Positions 1-7,587 of a stretch of 13,728 nucleotides of DNA are shown here, in pieces. Below the pieces are notes generated by a model. It saw only the letters and a list, made by a program, of their open reading frames with translations, searched no databases and was not told where the DNA came from. The DNA comes from a virus. The translations under genes and the position numbers were made by a program. The stretch's first letter is position 1, and each line of letters begins with the position of its first letter. The stretch is from positions 1 through 13,728 of IMG/VR virus record IMGVR_UViG_3300028019_000001. The stretch is one strand, 5' to 3'.

Positions 1-25
1 CCGGCGCGCACGACGCCGGATACCC
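1..25. repeat. Terminal direct repeat copy 1 (CCGGCGCGCACGACGCCGGATACCC), identical to 13704..13728
   Basis: Read directly: the first 25 nt equal the last 25 nt. The frame entering from 13667 continues with no stop into ORF 57..395. This implies a circular or terminally redundant unit of 13,703 bp. Confidence 0.9.
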
Positions 26-395
26 GGCTGCCCCGTGCGCCATCTGCGAGCGCGACATGCTGCCCGGCGAGCGCATCGCCCGCCTGCTGCCGGACTTCTG
101 CCCCGGTGGCTGCGGGGGCCTGACCGAAGACCCGTATGGGGGTCCGTGCCGGGCATGCTGGGACAAGGTGCCCGGACCGTACCCCGGTGACGAGCGGTGC
201 GACTGGTGCCAGAAGTTCCTGTCTGGTGACGGCTTCTGCGACGACGGGCGGATCTTCTGCGGTGAGGACTGTGCCGGGGCGTACGCGGCTGAATGGGGAG
301 TCGGCTTACGGTCTCTCGCGTTGACTGAACCCTGCTCACCCGGTCCGGAACACCGTCTCAGTAACGTCGGATTCCCTGGCGCCCGGTTGACGTAG
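1..395 (+). CDS. Cys-rich multi-CxxC zinc-finger-like protein, 3' portion of a wrap-around gene (start at 13667; about 143 aa once the ends are joined)
   Basis: The frame is open from position 3 to TAG at 393-395 and in phase with the ATG at 13667. Motifs present: CAIC, CPGGC, CRAC, CDWC and FCDDGRIFCGEDC (TRASH/FCS-like CxxC...CxxxC). GC3 is high up to about 300, then a low-GC3 tail follows that includes a TTA codon at 306-308. Confidence 0.75.
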   Translation, partial: GAHDAGYPAAPCAICERDMLPGERIARLLPDFCPGGCGGLTEDPYGGPCRACWDKVPGPYPGDERCDWCQKFLSGDGFCDDGRIFCGEDCAGAYAAEWGVGLRSLALTEPCSPGPEHRLSNVGFPGARLT

Positions 396-509
396 ACGGT
401 TGACCGTGGCGGCGCTCCCCGGCCATGACCGGCCGCGGTTCGGCGCTAGGCCATGGAGGTCGGCCCCGTGCCGCCGCGGGCATCGGCCTGGACCCCATGC
501 GCCGCGGAC

Positions 510-764
510 CTATGCGGAAGGTCCCGCTGATGATCCACTGTTCTGTCCGATGAAGTAACCACCGATGCCAAGCACGCCGAGGATCAAGACCGCTATCCCG
601 ACGGGCATCAGTTGCGGCCGCCGGCCTCCAGGAGCCGTCAGAAGCCTCCTGGAGCGGCCATGCGTCGTTAGGGCTGGAGCGGGGTGAGTCTGGGCCGCGA
701 GCACCTCTGTGAGGCGCTCAGCCACGTCGGCGGGCATCGCAGGGCGCGCGGCGGCGGCGAGCAC
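510..764 (-). CDS. Small membrane-anchored hypothetical protein (84 aa from GTG; alternative ATG at 737)
   Basis: ORF with one clear hydrophobic helix (PVGIAVLILGVLGIGGYFIG). GAAGG lies about 10 nt upstream of the GTG. The N-terminal MPADVAERLTEVLAAQ resembles segments seen in actinobacterial anti-sigma-like membrane proteins (from memory). Codon bias is only moderate. Confidence 0.4.
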   Translation of the reverse strand: MLAAAARPAMPADVAERLTEVLAAQTHPAPALTTHGRSRRLLTAPGGRRPQLMPVGIAVLILGVLGIGGYFIGQNSGSSAGPSA

Positions 765-907
765 CGATCGCTACCTTCGCAACGTCGCGCCGGCCGACCT
801 GATCAAGCCCGGCCAGACGCGGACCTGGCAGCCGGGCGCCTGAGACGTCAGGCGTGAGACGCGGCCGGCGCCGCAAAGCTGAAACAGGAACCTGAAACGG
901 CCCGCGG

Positions 908-1081
908 CTACTTGCCGCCGCGCCGCCGCTTGCCGCCGAGCGGCGCTGACACGCTCGTCCAGCTCCGGCGGCCGGTGCGGACGCCCGCCGATCCCCACAC
1001 GCGGCCCTTGCCGCTTACCGGCGCGCTCAGCCGGATACGGAACGGCCCGATCTTCACGGAGTCGCTGACCCTGACGCCCAT
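908..1081 (-). CDS. DUF4236-like small protein (57 aa)
   Basis: MGVRVSDSVKIGPFRIRLSAPVSGKGRVWGSAGVRTGRRSWTSVSAPLGG follows the DUF4236 pattern as I remember it (MGxRxxxSxKIGPxxRxxLS...G...G.R.G.R...S.P..G). GGAAGGAAA sits 6-7 nt upstream of the ATG at 1081. The start is trimmed from ORF 908..1132. Confidence 0.6.
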   Translation of the reverse strand: MGVRVSDSVKIGPFRIRLSAPVSGKGRVWGSAGVRTGRRSWTSVSAPLGGKRRRGGK

Positions 1082-1177
1082 CGCGTGTTTCCTTCCCGGC
1101 CTCGGGTTGCCGAGAGTGAGACCGTCTGCCATGGAGACGCGCGGCGCGGCCTGGCGGTTGACATCGATGTCCGGCTA

Positions 1178-1193
1178 AGCGGAGCGCTCCGCT
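1178..1193. promoter_or_regulatory. Perfect 16-bp palindrome AGCGGAGC|GCTCCGCT, candidate operator
   Basis: Read directly. It lies in the 434-nt divergent non-coding region between the DUF4236 gene (start 1081, minus strand) and the first late-operon gene (start 1516, plus strand). Confidence 0.4.
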
Positions 1194-1515
1194 AGCCAAC
1201 CTTCAACCAGTACATGAAGGTTCCTGGCTGATATGCACAAGGAACCGAGCCGAAACGCGGCCATTTAGCTGCGATGTCTTGTAGATCATGGTGCCTGGCG
1301 TGGGACAATGGGAAACGTCGCCTTGCGGCGGCCCGGTGCGCTGAGCTTGCCGTACCGGGCCGCCCCCGGTGGTTGTGCAAAGAGCTGGTACCGCCTCAGA
1401 GGGCCGCCCGATCAGCGGCCGGGGCGATGAGCGGCTGAAGGCGCGCGGGGACAGGGCGGCGCAATCACTGCTGCACGCCCCTTTGCGCTGGGGCGTACCC
1501 GTGGAAGGCGACGAC

Positions 1516-1755
1516 ATGAGCTTGACCGAAGACGGCTTCTGCCCGCGGAACAGCGGGCGCCCCGATCTCTACCCGCACGCACTGCCGAAAGCCTCTGGCG
1601 CCGCGGCTGGCCGCCTGGACGAGGTGACCGAGTCCGGTGCGCAGCCGAAGCCGCAGCCCGCCGTACAGGCGCCTCCTGCGGCTGCTGCGCCGCAAGCCGC
1701 GAGTACCGTGCTCCGGCCAGCAACGGCCGCACCCGCCGCGGTGGCGACGCTGTGA
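1516..1755 (+). CDS. Hypothetical Pro/Ala-rich protein (79 aa)
   Basis: ATG at 1516 is preceded by GGAAGG 7 nt upstream. The upstream part of ORF 1369..1755 has poor GC3 (caa, aga, ggt, tca, gta). The stop overlaps the next start (GTGA at 1752-1755). Confidence 0.55.
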   Translation: MSLTEDGFCPRNSGRPDLYPHALPKASGAAAGRLDEVTESGAQPKPQPAVQAPPAAAAPQAASTVLRPATAAPAAVATL

Positions 1756-2432
1756 GGCGCGCAGAGATCCCGGACGGCCTGCTGAAGGCGCGCCGGGCGG
1801 ACATCGACCGGATCCCTGGCCGGGTGCTCGCCAAGATGACCAGGGGCGACCTGCCGGACCGTCTCGTGGCCGCTGGCGAGTACCGGCGGCGCGCGAGCGT
1901 CCCGCACCTGGACGGCGACTTGTACCGGTACCGGCTCGGCCTGGCGACCGAGGTACTGACCACCGATGACTCGCAGCGTGCCGCCGAGCTGGTCAAGGGC
2001 GCCGGAGTCGGCGTGACCATCGGCACCGGGCGCGCGGCACCGCCAGCGTCGGCGGCGGGATCCGCTGCGGGCGGCCGGGTGACGAAGGCGGCGCCCGCCG
2101 AGATCATCAGGTACCCGGCGGTCGATCTCCTGACGCAGAAAGCCGCCGCCGCGCGATCTGTCGCCGTCGCGCTGACCGAGCTGGCCAAGACGGGCCGTCT
2201 CGGCGAGCTGGGCCGAGATCTCACCAGCATGCACCGGGATATCAGTTCCGGCCGGATGGAGCTCGTCAAGGGGCCCGTGGTCGCGGGGCCGCCGGAGAAC
2301 AGCCTGGCGAAGAGCGCCGGAGCGGCAGGCCTGTCGAAGGCCGCCGAGTACGAGCGGAAAGCGGCAGTCGTGACCGATCCGGAACTGAGGCGCGGCTATC
2401 TCGAGCTGGCGCGCCAGGAGCGTGCGTCATGA
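1752..2432 (+). CDS. Hypothetical protein (226 aa)
   Basis: Strong GC3 bias throughout. GTGA overlap with the upstream gene and ATGA overlap with the downstream gene. No motif recognised. Confidence 0.8.
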   Translation: MRRAEIPDGLLKARRADIDRIPGRVLAKMTRGDLPDRLVAAGEYRRRASVPHLDGDLYRYRLGLATEVLTTDDSQRAAELVKGAGVGVTIGTGRAAPPASAAGSAAGGRVTKAAPAEIIRYPAVDLLTQKAAAARSVAVALTELAKTGRLGELGRDLTSMHRDISSGRMELVKGPVVAGPPENSLAKSAGAAGLSKAAEYERKAAVVTDPELRRGYLELARQERAS

Positions 2433-2644
2433 CGGTGACCACGCAGGTGGCGACGGCGCTGTCGGCAGCCAAGCGGTATCAGCTGGCGGTCGGCGCGACG
2501 GCCGCGCAGGCCGGATGCCCGCAGGTCCACATCACTCCCGGCTGGGTCTCAGTGCCCTGCCATGGCGCCGACATCGCCTCGTTCGGCGCGACCCTCGCGG
2601 CCGTGCTCAACAACACGGCCAACTACGGAGGAGCAGGAACATGA
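2429..2644 (+). CDS. Hypothetical protein (71 aa)
   Basis: ATGA overlaps at both ends (2429-2432 and 2641-2644). Good GC3. Confidence 0.7.
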   Translation: MTVTTQVATALSAAKRYQLAVGATAAQAGCPQVHITPGWVSVPCHGADIASFGATLAAVLNNTANYGGAGT

Positions 2645-3774
2645 GCGCGGACACCAGCGGACCGGGCCGCAGGCTGACCCCCGAGCAGGAGCAGCGCGCC
2701 GCCGAGCTGTTCGCCGCCGGGCGCAGTGAACGCGAGGTCGCCGACGAGCTCGGCTGCTCGGCGTCGACTGCGCACCGGCTGCGCGAGCGCCTGGAGCGCG
2801 CCGGCGGCACCCCTGACGAGCCGGAAGCACCGGCGGCGCCCGCTCGCGACGAGCACGAGGCCGCCGGGGCGTTCGAGCTGACCGCGCAGCACCCGCTGCG
2901 CGAGTCCCCCGGCGAGCTGGGGGAGCTTCAGGCCGAGCGCGACCGCCTCGCGGACCTCTTGCAGACCTACGGGGACCGCGCGGCAGCGAGCCGCCAGGCG
3001 CTGGCCGACCTGGAAACCGAGCGCGTGGAACTGCTCACCGAGGGGAAGGACGCGGCGCCGCTGCGGCCGAGGCGGGCGGACGCTGAGGCCGACCTCGCCG
3101 ACAGTGAGACGTCCGCGCAGATCGCCGCCGACCGAGTGGCCGCCGTCGACGTCCGCATCGCGCAGGTGCGGGCAATGCGCGACCTGGCGGAGATGCGGGA
3201 CCAGCTTGAAGCCGCGGTAGCGGAGCGGGACACCGTGTGCGCGGCTACCGGCGATCGCATGCGCGCCGCCGTGCTGGCCGTCAGGCGGGCGGCCGAGGAG
3301 TTCACGGCGGCCCTGGCCGACGAGCGCGCCGCCACGGAGCGCACGGAGCAGCTCGGGCAGGACACGGCGAACCGGGCGCTGGCTCTCGGCGAGCGCGTCC
3401 CGGTCGCGCCGCCGGCGCGCTCCACTGCCCTGTGGGTGGACAACGCCTTTTCCGCGGGGAAGCCGGTGGCGCTTTCGCGAGCGATCAGCGAGGCGCGCAT
3501 CGGGCGTACTGAGGCCGTCGCCACGTGCCTGGGTGAGGCGTTCGGCTGGCTGCCGCCGGATCCGGCCGTGATCGCCGCTGAACGCGAGCGCATGCGGCAA
3601 CTGCGCGCCGCGCCGCCCCCGCCCCCGCCTTCGGTGGAGCATCCCGCGCACTGGCCTGCCGCCGTCAGCGTCGACAGCCACGGCCGGCCGCTCGCGCCGC
3701 CCGACCCGGAACGGCAGCGCGCGCAGACGGCGGTACGTCCTGGCGCGCTCGGCTTTACGCCGTGGCCGGGCTGA
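2641..3774 (+). CDS. N-terminal HTH plus long coiled-coil protein (377 aa); the HTH resembles those of small terminase subunits and Hin/sigma-70 region 4
   Basis: The start is trimmed from ORF 2422..3774 to the ATG at 2641, which has GGAGGAG upstream and an ATGA overlap. RRLTPEQEQRAAELFAAGRSEREVADELGCSASTAHRLRERL is a classic helix-turn-helix. The rest is Ala/Glu/Arg-rich and heptad-like, with a PPPPPP tract near the C-terminus. Confidence 0.8.
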   Translation: MSADTSGPGRRLTPEQEQRAAELFAAGRSEREVADELGCSASTAHRLRERLERAGGTPDEPEAPAAPARDEHEAAGAFELTAQHPLRESPGELGELQAERDRLADLLQTYGDRAAASRQALADLETERVELLTEGKDAAPLRPRRADAEADLADSETSAQIAADRVAAVDVRIAQVRAMRDLAEMRDQLEAAVAERDTVCAATGDRMRAAVLAVRRAAEEFTAALADERAATERTEQLGQDTANRALALGERVPVAPPARSTALWVDNAFSAGKPVALSRAISEARIGRTEAVATCLGEAFGWLPPDPAVIAAERERMRQLRAAPPPPPPSVEHPAHWPAAVSVDSHGRPLAPPDPERQRAQTAVRPGALGFTPWPG

Positions 3775-3793
3775 GCGGCGCGTGACCATGACT

Positions 3794-3830
3794 CCCCGGC
3801 CTGGCTATGACGCGACCGGCCGGGCCGGGG
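3794..3830 (+). terminator. GC-rich hairpin (CCCCGGCC ... GGCCGGGG, 8-bp stem, 21-nt loop) between the HTH/coiled-coil gene and the tape-measure gene
   Basis: Read directly, 20 nt after the stop at 3774. No T-tract follows, so terminator or attenuator function is only a possibility. Confidence 0.25.
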
Positions 3831-3869
3831 ACACAAGCGGAGCACCGGCGGCCGTGAGGAGGTGAGCTG

Positions 3870-6683
3870 ATGGAAGAGGACGTCGCCCTCGCGTTCATTG
3901 CGGATGTTGAGGAAGCAGTAGCCAACGTCCGCGAGCTGCAGGAGGCATCCGCGCAGCTCGCCGAGACGGCCGAGGAATCCTCGTCGGTCGCCGAAGAGGC
4001 GTTCTCGTCGTACGTCGAGGCGTCATCGGCCGCCACGGTGGCCGCTACCGACCTTGAGGAAGCGTCGGCGCGGCTGGCCGAGGTCCAGGCCGACGCGGGC
4101 GCCAGCGCCGAGGACATAGCCGACGCGCAGACTACCTACGGCGCGGCCCTCGACCGGGCAAGCGAAGCGACCATCGCCGCGATCGACGCGCAGGAGCGCC
4201 TTGCCGCGGCCGAAGGCGAGGCGGCCGAGGCCGCCGCGGCGAGCGCGGCGACCCAGGGCGAGGCCGCCGAGACGGTGGCGGCGAAGGATGACCTGGCGGG
4301 CGACGCCGCCGAGGGCATGGGCGCCAAGTACAAGCTGGCGCTGGTGGCCGTCGCCGTCGGCGCGGGGCTGGCGGTCAAGGGCGCGATGAGCTTCCAGCAG
4401 GCCACCACGCGCCTGGTGACCACCGCGGGCGAGTCCGCCAAGAACCTGACCATGGTGCAGCAGGGCATCCTCGGCATGACGGACGCCACCAACCAGAGCG
4501 TCACCAGCCTCTCCAGCGGCATGTACATGGTGGAGTCGGCCGGGTTCCACGGTGCCGCGGGCCTCGAGGTGCTGAAGGCCGCCGGGCAGGGCGCGGCGAT
4601 GGAGCAGGCCAACCTGTACGACGTCGCCAACGCGGTCACGTCCGGCCTGAACGCCTACGGGCTCAGCGCCAGCCACGCCACCAGCTTCACCCAGCAGATG
4701 CTGGCCACCGTCGGCCAGGGCAAGATGACGATGGAAGACCTGGCGTCGTCGCTGTCCGCCGTGCTGCCCTTCGCCGCCGCCGCGCACATCTCGTTCGACC
4801 AGGTGGGCGGCGCGCTCGCCACGATGACCGGTATGGGCATGTCGGCGCAGCAGTCCACGCAGGACCTGGCCAACGTGATCCGGAACATCCTCAAGCCGTC
4901 CGGGACCGCCTCGGCTGAGATGCGCGCCCTCGGCCTGAACGCTAACGAGGTCAGCGCCAGCGTCGGCAAGGTGGGGCTGACCGGCGTGATGCAGGAGTAC
5001 ACCGACGCCATCCTGAAGAACACCAGCGGCGGCATGGTGATGCTCGGCTACATGAAGGAGATGACCCCGCAGGCGCAGGGGCTCGCCCGCGAGATCATGG
5101 CAGGGACGATCAGCACCCAGCAGCTGCGGACAGCGGTGTACGGCCTGAATCCGGAACAGGCCAAGCTGATCAGCCTGTTCGAGACGGCGGCGACGTCGGC
5201 GACGGGCCTCAAGCAGACCTATGCGGGCGCGATGGCCGAGCTGACCGGCGGCGCGACCGGCCTGAACGTGGCGCTGATGCTGACCGGCAGCCACGCGAAA
5301 ACCTTTGCCGACAACGTGAAGACGATCGGTGCCGCAGCGAAGACCAGCGGCAGCGACGTCGCCGGGTGGGGCGCCTACCAGAAGCAGGCGGGCGTCGAGC
5401 TGAGCGAGCTCGTCAAGACGACGGAGGCGATGGGCGACGAGCTCGGCCTGGTGCTGCTGCCTGCCCTCGAAGCCGTTCTCGGCCCGCTGCGTGACCTGTT
5501 CGGCGTGATCGCCCGCAACCGTGCCGCGGCGATCGCCTTCGCCCTCGTCATCGGCACCGTGCTGTCGGGGGTCGCCTTCGTCAAGCTCAAGAACGTCCTG
5601 ACCGAGGCGAAGGACGGGTTCAGCGCGCTCTACGACGTGGTGACCGGCCTCCCGGCCGCCGCGTCATCCGTCGTGTCGTTCGCCTCCACCGTGGCGCAGG
5701 GCCTCTGGCGGGCAACCGTGGCCACGGGAACGTGGATAGCCGAGCACGCCGTCGCGACCGCGCAGTTCATCGCGCAGAACATCGCGCAGGCCGCCAGCGC
5801 GATGGCCGCGTTCGTGGCCGAGAACCTCGCCACGCTCGGTATCGGCATCGCGATCGTCGCGCTGATCGCGGTCATCGTGCTGCTGGCCACGCACTGGAAA
5901 GAGGTCTGGTCGGTCGTCAAGACGGTCGGCCTCGACGCCTGGCACTTCATCGACGGCCGCCTGATCCAGCCGTTCATGGCCGGGGCCGACGAGCTGGTCA
6001 AGTGGGTCGATTCGCACTGGCGGCTGCTCGCGGCGATCATTTCCACGGTGCTGCTGGGGCCGGCGGAATTCCTGATCTCGTTCATCGCGGCGCGCTGGGC
6101 GGAGTTCGCGCGCCTGACGTCGCAGGTCACCGACGCGGTGACCGGGTACTTCGGGCGGCTGCCGGGCCGGATCCTGTCGCAGCTGGCCGCGCTGCCGGCC
6201 GGGTTGTACAACATGGGTCGCAACATCGTCATGGGCCTCATTCACGGCATCGAGGACCAGGCGGGCCCGCTGCTGTCGTACGTCGGCGGCCTCGCCGGTG
6301 ACGTCGAGCACACCTTCGCGTCCGCGCTGCACATCTTCAGCCCCAGCCGCGTCTTCTTCATGCACGGCGTCAATACCATGCTCGGCTACATCAACGGCGT
6401 CAAGTCGATGGCGGCGCAGGTGAAAGCGACGATGGCCGGCGTCGGCGGCCAGGTGGCGGCGGCCGGGACCGGCACCGGCGCCGCGCTCATGCCAGCGGGC
6501 AGCACGGCCGGCGGCAGGATCAATGTCACGGTGCCGCTGTCCGTGGCGTTCAACGCCGGGACGAGCGGTCTCAACTCGCCGCAGTTCTACCAGTACATCC
6601 AGGCCGCCGTTCAGGAAGCCGTGCTCCGGTGGGGGCTGAACAACCCCGGTACCGGGTTCGTGCTCCCAGGGAGGGCCGGATGA
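3870..6683 (+). CDS. Phage tail tape-measure protein (937 aa), TP901-type core
   Basis: GAGGAGG RBS at 3856-3862. Acidic Ala-rich N-terminus. The core KYKLALVAV...FQQATTRLVTTAGES...MYMVESAGFHGAAGLEVLKAAGQGAAMEQANLYDVANAVTSGLNAYGL...MEDLASSLSAVLPFAAAAHISFDQVGGALATMTGMGMSAQQSTQDLANVIRNIL matches the tape-measure core family as I know it. Several hydrophobic helices lie in the C-terminal half. Confidence 0.92.
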   Translation: MEEDVALAFIADVEEAVANVRELQEASAQLAETAEESSSVAEEAFSSYVEASSAATVAATDLEEASARLAEVQADAGASAEDIADAQTTYGAALDRASEATIAAIDAQERLAAAEGEAAEAAAASAATQGEAAETVAAKDDLAGDAAEGMGAKYKLALVAVAVGAGLAVKGAMSFQQATTRLVTTAGESAKNLTMVQQGILGMTDATNQSVTSLSSGMYMVESAGFHGAAGLEVLKAAGQGAAMEQANLYDVANAVTSGLNAYGLSASHATSFTQQMLATVGQGKMTMEDLASSLSAVLPFAAAAHISFDQVGGALATMTGMGMSAQQSTQDLANVIRNILKPSGTASAEMRALGLNANEVSASVGKVGLTGVMQEYTDAILKNTSGGMVMLGYMKEMTPQAQGLAREIMAGTISTQQLRTAVYGLNPEQAKLISLFETAATSATGLKQTYAGAMAELTGGATGLNVALMLTGSHAKTFADNVKTIGAAAKTSGSDVAGWGAYQKQAGVELSELVKTTEAMGDELGLVLLPALEAVLGPLRDLFGVIARNRAAAIAFALVIGTVLSGVAFVKLKNVLTEAKDGFSALYDVVTGLPAAASSVVSFASTVAQGLWRATVATGTWIAEHAVATAQFIAQNIAQAASAMAAFVAENLATLGIGIAIVALIAVIVLLATHWKEVWSVVKTVGLDAWHFIDGRLIQPFMAGADELVKWVDSHWRLLAAIISTVLLGPAEFLISFIAARWAEFARLTSQVTDAVTGYFGRLPGRILSQLAALPAGLYNMGRNIVMGLIHGIEDQAGPLLSYVGGLAGDVEHTFASALHIFSPSRVFFMHGVNTMLGYINGVKSMAAQVKATMAGVGGQVAAAGTGTGAALMPAGSTAGGRINVTVPLSVAFNAGTSGLNSPQFYQYIQAAVQEAVLRWGLNNPGTGFVLPGRAG

Positions 6684-7039
6684 CGCAGGAAGAACTACTC
6701 GGGGCGGCCAGCGCGCTCCGGTTCGTCCTGTGGTCGGTAGACCACGGTCAATGGCTCGCGGCCGGCGGCGATCCGGCCGACGCGCCGCCGTGCCCCGTAA
6801 CCAGCGCCGAGCTTGCGGGGCTGGCCGCTCCGCTCGCGGGCCTTGTCGTCAGCGCCCGGCTTGAGCTCGCGCGGCAGCTCGGCCAGGTCGGCTACAGCGA
6901 GCAGTCCCAGGCCGCGCGCGCCTGGCTCCAGACTGAGCTGGAGGGCGTGGAAATCGCCGCGTCGTTCGCCGCCGTCGACGGCGAGACGGCAGGCCCGCAG
7001 CCCCAACTCCTAGCAAACCCCAACTCCAGTCAGGACTAG
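6680..7039 (+). CDS. Hypothetical protein (119 aa)
   Basis: ATG at 6680 has an ATGA overlap with the tape-measure stop and GGGAGGG upstream. Good GC3 except for the last ~12 codons. Confidence 0.7.
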   Translation: MTQEELLGAASALRFVLWSVDHGQWLAAGGDPADAPPCPVTSAELAGLAAPLAGLVVSARLELARQLGQVGYSEQSQAARAWLQTELEGVEIAASFAAVDGETAGPQPQLLANPNSSQD

Positions 7040-7050
7040 GAGTTCCTGAC
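7001..7050. repeat. Repeat-dense low-GC junction: CCCCAACTCC x2 (7001-7010, 7018-7027), inverted AACTCCTAG/CTAGGAGTT (7005-7013 / 7036-7044), hairpin GTCAGGA-N8-TCCTGAC (7029-7050)
   Basis: Read directly. The TAG stop of gene 6680..7039 sits in the hairpin loop. Confidence 0.6.
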
Positions 7051-7074
7051 GGCATCCGCGACTGAGGCTTCTGA

Positions 7075-7570
7075 CAGGAGATCGCGGCCGAGGCGTACCT
7101 GCGGACGGCCGCGCAGCTCGCCCGTGAGACGGAGCACGACGAGATCGCGGCGTGGTGCGCCGAGACCCGCGCGTGGCAGGCGCTGACCCGCGGCGGCTAC
7201 CGCGAGGCCGTCGCCCTGGCGCGCGCCGCGCAGGAGATCGCCCCGCAGCACAGCAGCGCGTACATCCAGCCGGTCGCGCAGGAAGGGCGCGCGGCACGGG
7301 ACATCCTCGGCGCGCTGGAGCGCCCGGACGGCGGATCGCCGCGCCCGCGCCGGATCGCGCTCGCCCGGCTCGACCTCGGCCTGGCGCTCGTCACCGCGGG
7401 AAAGCTCGACGAGGCGACCGAGGTTGCCCTCGCCGCGGTGCGCTCTGGCCGCCTGGCGCCCGTCGACGCGCCGCGCGTCCGCGAGATCGCCGCCGCGGTG
7501 TCCGGCACGCCGGACGGCCGCGAGCTGGCCGAGGCGTACCGGACCCCGCGCGGCGAGATTCCCCCTGACG
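7075..7570 (+). pseudogene. Start-less C-terminal remnant of an XRE-family/TPR-type transcriptional regulator
   Basis: The frame opens after TGA at 7072-7074 and contains no ATG/GTG/TTG until GTG at 7438. It nevertheless has strong GC3 and reads EIAAEAYLRTAAQLARETEHDEIAAWCAETRAWQALTRGGYREAVALARAAQEIAPQHSSAYIQPVAQEGRA...PRPRRIALARLDLGLALVTAGKLDEATEVALAAVRSGRL...RELAEAYR. From memory, this resembles the C-terminal half of ~400-aa Streptomyces XRE/TPR regulators. The N-terminal HTH is absent and there appears to be an internal deletion. The 3' boundary is approximate. Confidence 0.55.
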
Positions 7571-7587
7571 TCCTGAGATCGGAGTGT

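Noticed and set aside
3788-3865. 25-aa mini-ORF (MTPRPGYDATGRAGDTSGAPAAVRR) between the HTH/coiled-coil gene and the tape-measure gene
   Set aside because: No RBS, it overlaps the hairpin and the tape-measure RBS, and it is too short to support from sequence alone.
2429-3869. Tail assembly chaperone pair with a programmed -1 frameshift upstream of the tape measure
   Set aside because: I saw no slippery heptamer and no overlapping -1 ORF arrangement. The upstream gene is a 377-aa HTH/coiled-coil protein, separated from the tape-measure gene by a 95-nt gap.
4023-5294. Long antisense or alternative-frame ORFs: 4023..5294, 2623..3789, 2967..3845, 1412..2269, 1569..2234, 5664..6365, 8286..9230, 7197..7649, 7391..7828, 12517..13164 and others
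   Set aside because: Their products are Arg/Gly/Pro/Ala-rich and low-complexity, they lack third-position GC bias, and they lie opposite or out of frame with clearly coding genes. This is the usual artefact of ~70% GC DNA, where stop codons are rare.
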